Source: Eledone cirrhosa (taxonomy: Eukaryota). Taken from it: a DNA stretch of 64,000 bases. Location: NCBI GenBank assembly GCA_964016885.1, contig OZ024740.1, positions 3,906,001 to 3,970,000 of the forward strand, given 5' to 3'. This document shows positions 1 through 15,000 of this stretch, in pieces. Made by a program: the position numbers and the translations under genes. The notes under the pieces were generated by a model. The model searched no databases. It saw only the letters and a list, made by a program, of their open reading frames with translations, and had not been told where the DNA came from. Each line of letters begins with the position of its first letter. Position 1 is the stretch's first letter.

Positions 1-3000
1 CATGTAACTAGTAAGTAAAGACTCCTCTAGGTCTGTTAGTGACATCCATGTAACTAGTAAGTAAAGACTTCCCCCAGGTCTGTTAGTGACATCCATGTAA
101 CTAGTAAGTAAAGACTCCTCTAGGTCTGTTAGTGACATCCATGTAACTAGTAAGTAAAGACTCCCCCCAGGTCTGTTAGTGACATCCATGTAACTAGTAA
201 GTAAAGACTCCCTCTAGGACTGTTAGTGACATCCATGTAACTAGTAAGTAAGGACTCCTCTAGGACTGTTACTGACATCCATGTAACTAGTAAATAAAGA
301 CTCCCTCTAGGACTGTTAGTGACATCCATGTAACTAGTAAGTAAAGACTCCTCTAGGACTGTTACTGACATCCATGTAACTAGTAAGTAAAGACTCCTCT
401 AGGACTGTTACTGACATCCATGTAACTAGTAAGTAAAGACTCCCCCCAGGACTGTTAGTGACATCCATGTAACTAGTAAGTAAAGACTCCCTCTAGGACT
501 GTTAGTGACATCCATGTAACTAGTAAGTAAATACTCCTCTAGGTCTGTTAGTGATATCCATGTAACTAGTAAGTAAAGACTCCCCCCAGGTCTGTTAGTG
601 ACATCCATGTAACTAGTAAGTAAAGACTCCTCTAGGACTGTTACTGACATCCATGTAACTAGTAAGTAAAGACTCCCTCTAGGACTGTTAGTGACATCCA
701 TGTAACTAGTAAGTAAAGACTCCCCCCAGGTCTGTTAGTGACATCCATGTAACTAGTAAGTAAAGACCCCCCCCAGGACTGTTAGTGACATCCATGTAAC
801 TAGTAAGTAAAGACTCCCTCTAGGACTGTTAGTGACATCCATGTAACTAGTAAGTAAAGACTCCTCTAGGACTGTTAGTGACATCCATGTAACTAGGAAG
901 TAAAGACTCCTCTAGGACTGTTAGTGACATCCATGTAACTAGCAAGTAAAGACTCCTCTAGGACTGTTAGTGACATCCATGTAACTAGTAAGTAAAGACT
1001 CACTCTAGGACTGTTAGTGACATCCATGTAACTAGTAAGTAAAGTCTCCCCCTAGGACTGTTGGTGACATCCATGTAACTAGTAAGTAAAGACTCCCCCT
1101 AGGACTGTTAGTGACAACCATGTAACTAGTAAGTAAAGACTCCCCCCAGGAATGTTGGTGACATCCATGTAACTAGTAAGTAAAGACTCCCCCCAGGACT
1201 GTTGGTGACATCCATGTAACTAGTAAGTAAAGACTCCCCTAGGACTGTTAGTGACATCCATTTAACTAGTAAGTAAAGAATCCCCCCAGGACTGTTGGTG
1301 ACATCCATGTAATTAGTAAGTAAAGACTCCACCCAGGAATGTTAGTGACAACCATGTAACTAGTAAGTAAAGACTCCCTCTAAGACTGTTAGTGACATCC
1401 ATGTAACTAGTAAGTAAAGACTCCCCCCTGGACTGTTGGTGACATCCATGTAACTAGTAAGTAAAGACTCCCCCCAGGAACGTTAGTGACATCCATGTAA
1501 CTAGTAAGTAAAGACTCCCACTAGGACTGATAGTGACATCCATGTAACTAGTAAAGTAAAGACTCCCCCAGGACTGTTAGTGACATCCATGTAACTAGTA
1601 AGTAAAGACTCCCCCCAGGACTGTTAGTGACATCCATGTAACTAGTAAGTAAAGACTCCCCCCAGGAATGTTAGTGACATCCATGTAACGACTAAGTAAA
1701 GACTCCCCCCAGGTCTGTTAGTGACATCCATGTAACTAGTAAGTAAAGACTCCGCTAGGTCTGTTAGTGACATCCATGTAACTAGTAAGTAAAGACTCCC
1801 CCTAGGACTGTTAGTGACATCCATGTAACTAGTAAAGTAAAGACTCCCCCAGGACTGTTAGTGACATCCATGTAACTAGTAAGTAAAGACTCCCCCCAGG
1901 ACTGTTAGTGACATCCATGTAACTAGTAAGTAAAGACTCCCCCCAGGAATGTTAGTGACATCCATGTAACTAGTAAGTAAAGACTCCCCCCAGGACTGTT
2001 AGTGACATCCATGTAACTAGTAAGTAAAGACTCACCCCAGGACTGTTAGTGACATCCATGTAACTAGTAAGTAAAGACTCCCTCTAGGACTGTTAGTGAC
2101 ATCCATGTAACTAGTAAGTAAAGACGCCCCCCAGGAATGTTAGTGACATCCATGTAACTAGTAAGTAAATACTCCACTAGGACTGTTAGTGACATCCATG
2201 TAACTAGTAAGTAAAGACTCCCCTAGGAATGTTAGTGACATCCATGTAACTAGTAAGTAAAGACTCCCCCCAGGAATGTTAGTGACATCCATGTAACTAG
2301 TAAGTAAAGACTCCCCCCAGGACTGTTAGTGACATCCATGTAACTAGTAGGTAAAGACTCCCCCCAGGAATGTTAGTGACATCCATGTAACTAGTAAATA
2401 AAGACTCCCCCCAGGACTGTTAGTGACATCCATGTAACTAGTAAGTAAAGACTCCCCCCAGGACTGTTAGTGACATCCATGTAACTAGTAAGTAAAGACT
2501 CCCCCAGGCCTGTTAGTGACATCCATGTAACTAGTAAGTAAAGACTCCCTCCAGGACTGTTAGTGACATCCATGTAACTAGTAAGTAAAGACTCCCTCTA
2601 GGACTGTTAGTGACATCCATGTAACTAGTAGGTAAAGACTCCCCCTAGGAATGTTAGTGACATCCATGTAACTAGTAAGTAAAGACTCCCCTAGGACTGT
2701 TAGTGACATCCATTTAACTAGTAAGTAAAGAATCCCCCCAGGACTGTTGGTGACATCCATGTAACTAGTAAGTAAAGACTCCCCCCACGATTGTTAGTGA
2801 CATCCATGTAACTAGTAAGTAAAGACTCCTCTAGGACTGTTAGTGACATCCATGTAACTAGTAAGTATATACTCCCCCCAGGACTGTTAGTGACATCCAT
2901 GGAACTAGTTAGTATATACTCCCCCCAGGACTGTTAGTGACATCCATGTAACTGGTAAGTAAAGACTCCCCCCAGGTCTGTTAGTGACATCCATGTAACT

Positions 3001-6000
3001 GGTAAGTAAAGACTCCCCCCAGGAATGTTAGTGACAACCATGTAACTAGTAAGTAAAGACTCCCCCAGGACTGTTAGTGACATCCATGTAACTAGTATGT
3101 AAAGACTCCACCAGGACTGTTAGTCACATCCATGTAACTAGTAAGTAAAGACTCCCCCCAGGACTGTTGGTGACATCCATGTAACTAGTAAGTAAAGACT
3201 CCCCCTAGGACTGTTAGTGACAACCATGTAACTAGTAAGTAAAGACTCCCCCCAGGAATGTTGGTGACATCCATGTAACTAGTAAGTAAAGACTCCCCCC
3301 AGGACTGTTGGTGACATCCATGTAACTAGTAAGTAAAGACTCCCCTAGGACTGTTAGTGACATCCATTTAACTAGTAAGTAAAGAATTCCCCCAGGACTG
3401 TTGGTGACATCCATGTAACTAGTAAGTAAAGACTCCACCCAGGAATGTTAGTGACAACCATGTAACTAGTAAGTAAAGACTCCCTCTAAGACTGTTAGTG
3501 ACATCCATGTAACTAGTAAGTAAAGACAACCCCCAGGACTGTTGGTGACATCCATGTAACTAGTAAGTAAAGACTCCCCCCAGGAATGTTAGTGACATCC
3601 ATGTAACTAGTAAGTAAAGACTCCCACTAGGACTGATAGTGACATCCATGTAACTAGTAAAGTAAAGACTCCCCCAGGACTGTTAGTGACATCCATGTAA
3701 CTAGTAAGTAAAGACTCCCCCCAGGACTGTTAGTGACATCCATGTAACTAGTAAGTAAAGACTCCCCCCAGGAATGTTAGTGACATCCATGTAACGACTA
3801 AGTAAAGACTCCCCCCAGGTCTGTTAGTGACATCCATGTAACTAGTAAGTAAAGACTCCGCTAGGTCTGTTAGTGACATCCATGTAACTAGTAAGTAAAG
3901 ACTCCCCCTAGGACTGTTAGTGACATCCATGTAACTAGTAAAGTAAAGACTCCCCCAGGACTGTTAGTGACATCCATGTAACAAGTAAGTAAAGACTCCC
4001 CCCAGGACTGTTAGTGACATCCATGTAACTAGTAAGTAAAGACTCCCCCCAGGAATGTTAGTGACATCCATGTAACTAGTAAGTAAAGACTCCCCCCAGG
4101 ACTGTTAGTGACATCCATGTAACTAGTAAGTAAAGACTCACCCCAGGACTGTTAGTGACATCCATGTAACTAGTAAGTAAAGACTCCCTCTAGGACTGTT
4201 AGTGACATCCATGTAACTAGTAAGTAAAGACGCCCCCCAGGAATGTTAGTGACATCCATGTAACTAGTAAGTAAATACTCCACTAGGACTGTTAGTGACA
4301 TCCATGTAACTAGTAAGTAAAGACTCCCCCAGGACTGTTAGTGACATCCATGTAACTAGAAAGTAAAGACTCCCCCCAGGACTGTTGGTGACATCCATGT
4401 AACTAGTAAGTAAAGACTCCCCCCAGGAATGTTAGTGACATCCATGTAACTAGTAAGTAAAGACTCCCCCAGGACTGTTAGTGACATCCATGTAACTAGT
4501 AAGTAAAGACTCCCCCCAGGACTGTTAGTGACATCCATGTAACTAGTAAGTAAAGACTCCCCTAGGACTGTTAGTGACATCCATGTAACTAGTAAGTAAA
4601 GACTCCACTAGGTCTGTTAGTGACATCCATGTAACTAGTAAGTAAAGACTCCCCCTAGGACTGTTAGTGACATCCATGTTACTAGTAAGTAAAGACTCCC
4701 CCCAGGTCTGTTAGTGACATCCATGTAACTAGTAAGTAAAGACTCCCCCAGGACTGTTAGTGACATCCATGTAACTAGTAAGTAAAGACTCCCCCTAGGA
4801 CTGTTAGTGACATCCATGTAACTAGTAAGTAAAGACTCCCCCCAGGTCTGTTAGTGACATCCATGTAACTAGTAAGTAAAGACTCCGCTAGGTCTGTTAG
4901 TGACATCCATGTAACTAGTAAGTAAAGACTCCCCTAGGACTGTTAGTGACATCCCTGTAACTAGTAAGTAAAGACTCCCCTAGGTCTGTTAGCGACATCC
5001 ATGTAACTAGTAAGTAAAGACTCCCTCTAGGACTGTTAGTGACATCCATGTAACTAGTAAGTAAAGACTCCCTCCAGGACTGTTAGTGACATCCATGTAA
5101 CTAGTAAGTAAAGACTCCCCCCAGGACTGTTAGTGACATCCATGTAACTAGTAAGTAAAGACTCCCCCCAGGTCTGTTAGTGACATCCATGTAACTAGTA
5201 AGTAAAGACTCCTCTAGGACTGTTAGTGACATCCATGTAACTAGTAAGTAAAGACTCCCTCTAGGACTGTTAGTGACATGCATGTAACTAGTAATTAAAG
5301 ACTCCCCCCAGGACTGTTGGTGACATCCATGTAACTAGTAAGTAAAGACTCCCCCCAGGTCTGTTAGTGACATCCATGTAACTAGTAAGTAAAGACTCCC
5401 CCCAGGTCTGTTAGTGACATCCATGTAAATAGTAAGTAAAGACTCCACCCAGGTCTGTTAGTGACATCCATGTAACTAGTAAGTAAAGACTCCTCTAGGT
5501 CTGTTAGTGACATCCATGTAACTAGTAAGTAAAGACTCCCCCCAGGTCTGTTAGTGACATCCATGTAACTAGTAAGTAAAGACTCCTCTAGGTCTGTTAG
5601 TGACATCCATGTAACTAGTAAGTAAAGACTCCCCCCAGGTCTGTTAGTGACATCCATGTAACTAGTAAGTAAAGACTCCCTCTAGGACTGTTAGTGACAT
5701 CCATGTAACTAGTAAGTAAAGACTCCTCTAGGACTGTTACTGACATCCATGTAACTAGTAAGTAAGGACTCCTCTAGGACTGTTACTGACATCCATGTAA
5801 CTAGTAAATAAAGACTCCCTCTAGGACTGTTAGTGACATCCATGTAACTAGTAAGTAAAGACTCCTCTAGGACTGTTACTGACATCCATGTAACTAGTAA
5901 GTAAAGACTCCTCTAGGACTGTTACTGACATCCATGTAACTAGTAAGTAAAGACTCCCCCCAGGACTGTTAGTGACATCCATGTAACTAGTAAGTAAAGA

Positions 6001-9000
6001 CTCCCTCTAGGACTGTTAGTGACATCCATGTAACTAGTAAGTAAATACTCCTCTAGGTCTGTTAGTGATATCCATGTAACTAGTAAGTAAAGACTCCCCC
6101 CAGGTCTGTTAGTGACATCCATGTAACTAGTAAGTAAAGACTCCTCTAGGACTGTTACTGACATCCATGTAACTAGTAAGTAAAGACTCCCTCTAGGACT
6201 GTTAGTGACATCCATGTAACTAGTAAGTAAAGACTCCCCCCAGGTCTGTTAGTGACATCCATGTAACTAGTAAGTAAAGACCCCCCCCAGGACTGTTAGT
6301 GACATCCATGTAACTAGTAAGTAAAGACTCCCTCTAGGACTGTTAGTGACATCCATGTAACTAGTAAGTAAAGACTCCTCTAGGTCTGTTAGTGACATCC
6401 ATGTAACTAGTAAGTAAAGACTCCTCTAGGACTGTTAGTGACATCCATGTAACTAGGAAGTAAAGACTCCTCTAGGACTGTTAGTGACATCCATGTAACT
6501 AGCAAGTAAAGACTCCTCTAGGACTGTTAGTGACATCCATGTAACTAGTAAGTAAAGACTCACTCTAGGACTGTTAGTGACATCCATGTAACTAGTAAGT
6601 AAAGTCTCCCCCTAGGACTGTTGGTGACATCCATGTAACTAGTAAGTAAAGACTCCCCCTAGGACTGTTAGTGACAACCATGTAACTAGTAAGTAAAGAC
6701 TCCCCCCAGGAATGTTGGTGACATCCATGTAACTAGTAAGTAAAGACTCCCCCCAGGACTGTTGGTGACATCCATGTAACTAGTAAGTAAAGACTCCCCT
6801 AGGACTGTTAGTGACATCCATTTAACTAGTAAGTAAAGAATCCCCCCAGGACTGTTGGTGACATCCATGTAATTAGTAAGTAAAGACTCCACCCAGGAAT
6901 GTTAGTGACAACCATGTAACTAGTAAGTAAAGACTCCCTCTAAGACTGTTAGTGACATCCATGTAACTAGTAAGTAAAGACTCCCCCCAGGACTGTTGGT
7001 GACATCCATGTAACTAGTAAGTAAAGACTCCCCCCAGGAACGTTAGTGACATCCATGTAACTAGTAAGTAAAGACTCCCACTAGGACTGATAGTGACATC
7101 CATGTAACTAGTAAAGTAAAGACTCCCCCAGGACTGTTAGTGACATCCATGTAACTAGTAAGTAAAGACTCCCCCCAGGACTGTTAGTGACATCCATGTA
7201 ACTAGTAAGTAAAGACTCCCCCCAGGAATGTTAGTGACATCCATGTAACGACTAAGTAAAGACTCCCCCCAGGTCTGTTAGTGACATCCATGTAACTAGT
7301 AAGTAAAGACTCCGCTAGGTCTGTTAGTGACATCCATGTAACTAGTAAGTAAAGACTCCCCCTAGGACTGTTAGTGACATCCATGTAACTAGTAAAGTAA
7401 AGACTCCCCCAGGACTGTTAGTGACATCCATGTAACTAGTAAGTAAAGACTCCCCCCAGGACTGTTAGTGACATCCATGTAACTAGTAAGTAAAGACTCC
7501 CCCCAGGAATGTTAGTGACATCCATGTAACTAGTAAGTAAAGACTCCCCCCAGGACTGTTAGTGACATCCATGTAACTAGTAAGTAAAGACTCACCCCAG
7601 GACTGTTAGTGACATCCATGTAACTAGTAAGTAAAGACTCCCTCTAGGACTGTTAGTGACATCCATGTAACTAGTAAGTAAAGACGCCCCCCAGGAATGT
7701 TAGTGACATCCATGTAACTAGTAAGTAAATACTCCACTAGGACTGTTAGTGACATCCATGTAACTAGTAAGTAAAGACTCCCCTAGGAATGTTAGTGACA
7801 TCCATGTAACTAGTAAGTAAAGACTCCCCCCAGGAATGTTAGTGACATCCATGTAACTAGTAAGTAAAGACTCCCCCCAGGACTGTTAGTGACATCCATG
7901 TAACTAGTAGGTAAAGACTCCCCCCAGGAATGTTAGTGACATCCATGTAACTAGTAAATAAAGACTCCCCCCAGGATTGTTAGTGACATCCATGTAACTA
8001 GTAAGTAAAGACTCCCCCCAGGACTGTTAGTGACATCCATGTAACTAGTAAGTAAAGACTCCCCCAGGCCTGTTAGTGACATCCATGTAACTAGTAAGTA
8101 AAGACTCCCTCCAGGACTGTTAGTGACATCCATGTAACTAGTAAGTAAAGACTCCCTCTAGGACTGTTAGTGACATCCATGTAACTAGTAGTTAAAGACT
8201 CCCCCTAGGAATGTTAGTGACATCCATGTAACTAGTAAGTAAAGACTCCCCTAGGACTGTTAGTGACATCCATTTAACTAGTAAGTAAAGAATCCCCCCA
8301 GGACTGTTGGTGACATCCATGTAACTAGTAAGTAAAGACTCCCCCCACGATTGTTAGTGACATCCATGTAACTAGTAAGTAAAGACTCCTCTAGGACTGT
8401 TAGTGACATCCATGTAACTAGTAAGTATATACTCCCCCCAGGACTGTTAGTGACATCCATGGAACTAGTTAGTATATACTCCCCCCAGGACTGTTAGTGA
8501 CATCCATGTAACTGGTAAGTAAAGACTCCCCCCAGGTCTGTTAGTGACATCCATGTAACTGGTAAGTAAAGACTCCCCCCAGGAATGTTAGTGACAACCA
8601 TGTAACTAGTAAGTAAAGACTCCCCCAGGACTGTTAGTGACATCCATGTAACTAGTATGTAAAGACTCCACCAGGACTGTTAGTGACATCCATGTAACTA
8701 GTAAGTAAAGACTCCCCCCAGGACTGTTGGTGACATCCATGTAACTAGTAAGTAAAGACTCCCCTAGGACTGTTGGTGACATCCATGTAACTAGTAAGTA
8801 AAGACTCCCCCCAGGTCTGTTAGTGACATCCATGTAACTAGTAAGTAAAGACTCCCCCCAGGTCTGTTAGTGACATCCATGTAACTGGTAAGTAAAGACT
8901 CCCCCCAGGAATGTTAGTGACATCCCTGTAACTGGTAAGTAAAGACTCCCCCCAGGTCTGTTAGTGACATCCATGTAACTGGTGAGTAAAGACTCCCCCC

Positions 9001-12000
9001 AGGAATGTTAGTGACAACCATGTAACTAGTAAGTAAAGACTCCCCCAGGACTGTTAGTGACATCCATGTAACTAGTATGTAAAGACTCCACCAGGACTGT
9101 TAGTGACATCCATGTAACTAGTAAGTAAAGACTCCCCCCGGGATTGTTGGTGACATCCATGTAACTAGTAAGTAAAGACTCCCCCCAGGATTGTTGGTGA
9201 CATCCATGTAACTAGTAAGTAAAGACTCCCCCCAGGTCTGTTAGTGACATCCATGTAACTAGTAAGTAAAGACTCCCCCTAGGACTGTTAGTGACCTCCA
9301 TGTAACTAGTAAGTAAAGACTCCCCCCAGGTCTGTTAGTGACATCCATGTAACTAGTAAGTAAAGACTCCCCCAGGACTGTTAGTGACATCCATGTAACT
9401 AGCAAGTAAAGACTCCCCCTAGGACTGTTAGTGACCTCCATGTAACTAGTAAGTAAAGACTCCCCCCAGGTCTGTTAGTGACATCCATGTAACTGGTAAG
9501 TAAAGACTCCCCTCAGGACTGTTAGGGACATCCATGTAACTAGTAAGTAAAGACTCCCCCCAGGACTGTTAGTGACATCCATGTAACTAGTAAGTATATA
9601 CTCCCCCAGGCCTGTTGGTGACATCCATGTAACTAGTAAGTAAAGACTCCCTCCAGGACTGTTAGTGACATCCATGTAACTAGTAAGTAAAGACTCCCCC
9701 TAGGACTGTTAGTGACATCCATGTAACTAGTAAAGTAAAGACTCCCCCAGGACTGTTAGTGACATCCATGTAACTAGTAAGTAAAGACTCCCCCCAGGAC
9801 TGTTAGTGACATCCATGTAACTAGTAAGTAAAGACTCCCCCCAGGAATGTTAGTGACATCCATGTAACTAGTAAGTAAAGACTCCCCCCAGGACTGTTAG
9901 TGACATCCATGTAACTAGTAAGTAAAGACTCACCCCAGGACTGTTAGTGACATCCATGTAACTAGTAAGTAAAGACTCCCTCTAGGACTGTTAGTGACAT
10001 CCATGTAACTAGTAAGTAAAGACGCCCCCCAGGAATGTTAGTGACATCCATGTAACTAGTAAGTAAATACTCCACTAGGACTGTTAGTGACATCCATGTA
10101 ACTAGTAAGTAAAGACTCCCCTAGGAATGTTAGTGACATCCATGTAACTAGTAAGTAAAGACTCCCCCCAGGAATGTTAGTGACATCCATGTAACTAGTA
10201 AGTAAAGACTCCCCCCAGGACTGTTAGTGACATCCATGTAACTAGTAGGTAAAGACTCCCCCCAGGAATGTTAGTGACATCCATGTAACTAGTAAATAAA
10301 GACTCCCCCCAGGACTGTTAGTGACATCCATGTAACTAGTAAGTAAAGACTCCCCCCAGGACTGTTAGTGACATCCATGTAACTAGTAAGTAAAGACTCC
10401 CCCAGGCCTGTTAGTGACATCCATGTAACTAGTAAGTAAAGACTCCCTCCAGGACTGTTAGTGACATCCATGTAACTAGTAAGTAAAGACTCCCTCTAGG
10501 ACTGTTAGTGACATCCATGTAACTAGTAGGTAAAGACTCCCCCTAGGAATGTTAGTGACATCCATGTAACTAGTAAGTAAAGACTCCCCTAGGACTGTTA
10601 GTGACATCCATTTAACTAGTAAGTAAAGAATCCCCCCAGGACTGTTGGTGACATCCATGTAACTAGTAAGTAAAGACTCCCCCCACGATTGTTAGTGACA
10701 TCCATGTAACTAGTAAGTAAAGACTCCTCTAGGACTGTTAGTGACATCCATGAAACTAGTAAGTATATACTCCCCCAGGACTGTTAGTGACATCCATGGA
10801 ACTAGTTAGTATATACTCCCCCCAGGACTGTTAGTGACATCCATGTAACTGGTAAGTAAAGACTCCCCCCAGGTCTGTTAGTGACATCCATGTAACTGGT
10901 AAGTAAAGACTCCCCCCAGGAATGTTAGTGACAACCATGTAACTAGTAAGTAAAGACTCCCCCAGGACTGTTAGTGACATCCATGTAACTAGTATGTAAA
11001 GACTCCACCAGGACTGTTAGTGACATCCATGTAACTAGTAAGTAAAGACTCCCCCCAGGACTGTTGGTGACATCCATGTAACTAGTAAGTAAAGACTCCC
11101 CTAGGACTGTTGGTGACATCCATGTAACTAGTAAGTAAAGACTCCCCCCAGGTCTGTTAGTGACATCCATGTAACTAGTAAGTAAAGACTCCCCCCAGGT
11201 CTGTTAGTGACATCCATGTAACTGGTAAGTAAAGACTCCCCCCAGGAATGTTAGTGACATCCCTGTAACTGGTAAGTAAAGACTCCCCCCAGGTCTGTTA
11301 GTGACATCCATGTAACTGGTAAGTAAAGACTCCCCCCAGGAATGTTAGTGACAACCATGTAACTAGTAAGTAAAGACTCCCCCAGGACTGTTAGTGACAT
11401 CCATGTAACTGGTAAGTAAAGACTCCCCCCAGGTCTGTTAGTGACATCCATGTAACTAGTATGTAAAGACTCCACCAGGACTGTTAGTGACATCCATGTA
11501 ACTAGTAAGTAAAGACTCCCCCCCGGGATTGTTGGTGACATCCATGTAACTAGTAAGTAAAGACTCCCCCCAGGATTGTTGGTGACATCCATGTAACTAG
11601 TAAGTAAAGACTCCCCCCAGGTCTGTTAGTGACATCCATGTAACTAGTAAGTAAAGACTCCCCCCAGGTCTGTTAGTGACATCCATGTAACTAGTAAGTA
11701 AAGACTCCCCCAGGACTGTTAGTGACATCCATGTAACTAGTAAGTAAAGACTCCCCCCAGGTCTGTTAGTGACATCCATGTAACTAGTAAGTAAAGACTC
11801 CCCCCAGGTCTGTTAGTGACATCCATGTAACTAGTAAGTAAAGACTCCCCCAGGACTGTTAGTGACATCCATGTAACTAGTAAGTAAAGACTCCCCCCAG
11901 GTCTGTTAGTGACATCCATGTAACTAGTATGTAAAGACTCCACCAGGACTGTTAGTGACATCCATGTAACTAGTAAGTAAAGACTCCCCCCGGGATTGTT

Positions 12001-15000
12001 GGTGACATCCATGTAACTAGTAAGTAAAGACTCCCCCCAGGATTGTTGGTGACATCCATGTAACTAGTAAGTAAAGACTCCCCCCAGGTCTGTTAGTGAC
12101 ATCCATGTAACTAGTAAGTAAAGACTCCCCCCAGGTCTGTTAGTGACATCCATGTAACTAGTAAGTAAAGACTCCCCCAGGACTGTTAGTGACATCCATG
12201 TAACTAGCAAGTAAAGACTCCCCCTAGGACTGTTAGTGACCTCCATGTAACTAGTAAGTTAAGACTCCCCCCAGGTCTGTTAGTGACATCCATGTAACTG
12301 GTAAGTAAAGACTCCCCTCAGGACTGTTAGGGACATCCATGTAACTAGTAAGTAAAGACTCCCCCCAGGACTGTTAGTGACATCCATGTAACTAGTAAGT
12401 ATATACTCCCCCCAGGACTGTTAGTGACATCCATGTAACTAGTAAGTAAAGACTCCCCCCAGGACTGTTGGTGACATCCATGTAACTAGTAAGTAAAGAC
12501 TCCCCTAGGACTGTTAGTGACATCCATGTAACTAGTAAGTAAAGACTCCCCCCAGGACTGTTAGTGACATCCATGTAACTAGTAAGTAAAGACTCCCTCT
12601 AGGACTGTTAGTGACATCCATGTAACTAGTAAGTAAAGACTCCCTCTAGGACTGTTAGTGACATCCATGTAACTAGTAAGTAAAGACTCCCTCTAGGTCT
12701 GTTAGTGACATCCATGTAGCTAGTAAGTAAAGACTCCCCCAGGACTGTTAGTGACATCCATGTAACTAGTAAGTAAAGACTCCCCCCAGGTCTGTTAGTG
12801 ACATCCATGTAACTAGTAAGTAAAGACTCCCTCTAGGACTGTTAGTGACATCCATGTAACTAGTATGTAAAGACTCCCCCCGGGATTGTTGGTGACATCC
12901 ATGTAACTAGTAAGTAAAGACTCCCCTAGGAATGTTAGTGACATCCATGTAACTAGTAAGTAAAGACTCCCCCCAGTAATGTTAGTGACATCCATGTAAC
13001 TAGTAAGTAAAGACTCCCCCCAGGACTGTTAGTGACATCCATGTAACTAGTAGGTAAAGACTCCCCCCAGGAATGTTAGTGACATCCATGTAACTAGTAA
13101 ATAAAGACTCCCCCCAGGACTGTTAGTGACATCCATGTAACTAGTAAGTAAAGACTCCCCCCAGGACTGTTAGTGACATCCATGTAACTAGTAAGTAAAG
13201 ACTCCCCCAGGCCTGTTAGTGACATCCATGTAACTAGTAAGTAAAGACTCCCTCCAGGACTGTTAGTGACATCCATGTAACTAGTAAGTAAAGACTCCCT
13301 CTAGGACTGTTAGTGACATCCATGTAACTAGTAGGTAAAGACTCCCCCTAGGAATGTTAGTGACATCCATGTAACTAGTAAGTAAAGACTCCCCTAGGAC
13401 TGTTAGTGACATCCATTTAACTAGTAAGTAAAGAATCCCCCCAGGACTGTTGGTGACATCCATGTAACTAGTAAGTAAAGACTCCCTCCAGGACTGTTAG
13501 TGACATCCATGTAACTAGTAAGTAAAGACTCCCTCTAGGACTGTTAGTGACATCCATGTAACTAGTAGGTAAAGACTCCCCCTAGGAATGTTAGTGACAT
13601 CCATGTAACTAGTAAGTAAAGACTCCCCTAGGACTGTTAGTGACATCCATTTAACTAGTAAGTAAAGAATCCCCCCAGGACTGTTGGTGACATCCATGTA
13701 ACTAGTAAGTAAAGACTCCCCCCACGATTGTTAGTGACATCCATGTAACTAGTAAGTAAAGACTCCTCTAGGACTGTTAGTGACATCCATGTAACTAGTA
13801 ATTATATACTCCCCCCAGGACTGTTAGTGACATCCATGGAACTAGTTAGTATATATACTCCCCCCAGGACTGTTAGTGACATCCATGTAACTGGTAAGTA
13901 AAGACTCCCCCCAGGTCTGTTAGTGACATCCATGTAACTGGTAAGTAAAGACTCCCCCCAGGAATGTTAGTGACAACCATGTAACTAGTAAGTAAAGACT
14001 CCCCCAAGACTGTTAGTGACATCCATGTAACTAGTATGTAAAGACTCCACCAGGACTGTTAGTGACATCCATGTAACTAGTAAGTAAAGACTCCCCCCAG
14101 GACTGTTGGTGACATCCATGTAACTAGTAAGTAAAGACTCCCCTAGGACTGTTGGTGACATCCATGTAACTAGTAAGTAAAGACTCCCCCCAGGTCTGTT
14201 AGTGACATCCATGTAACTAGTAAGTAAAGACTCCCCCCAGGTCTGTTAGTGACATCCATGTAACTGGTAAGTAAAGACTCCCCCCAGGAATGTTAGTGAC
14301 ATCCCTGTAACTGGTAAGTAAAGACTCCCCCCAGGTCTGTTAGTGACATCCATGTAACTGGTAAGTAAAGACTCCCCCCAGGAATGTTAGTGACAACCAT
14401 GTAACTAGTAAGTAAAGACTCCCCCAGGACTGTTAGTGACATCCATGTAACTAGTATGTAAAGACTCCACCAGGACTGTTAGTGACATCCATGTAACTAG
14501 TAAGTAAAGACTCCCCCCGGGATTGTTGGTGACATCCATGTAACTAGTAAGTAAAGACTCCCCCCAGGATTGTTGGTGACATCCATGTAACTAGTAAGTA
14601 AAGACTCCCCCCAGGTCTGTTAGTGACATCCATGTAACTAGTAAGTAAAGACTCCCCCCAGGTCTGTTAGTGACATCCATGTAACTAGTAAGTAAAGACT
14701 CCCCCAGGACTGTTAGTGACATCCATGTAACTAGCAAGTAAAGACTCCCCCTAGGACTGTTAGTGACCTCCATGTAACTAGTAAGTAAAGACTCCCCCCA
14801 GGTCTGTTAGTGACATCCATGTAACTGGTAAGTAAAGACTCCCCTCAGGACTGTTAGGGACATCCCTGTAACTAGTAAGTAAAGACTCCCCCCAGGACTG
14901 TTAGTGACATCCATGTAACTAGTAAGTATATACTCCCCCCAGGACTGTTAGTGACATCCATGTAACTAGTAAGTAAAGACTCCCCCCAGGACTGTTGGTG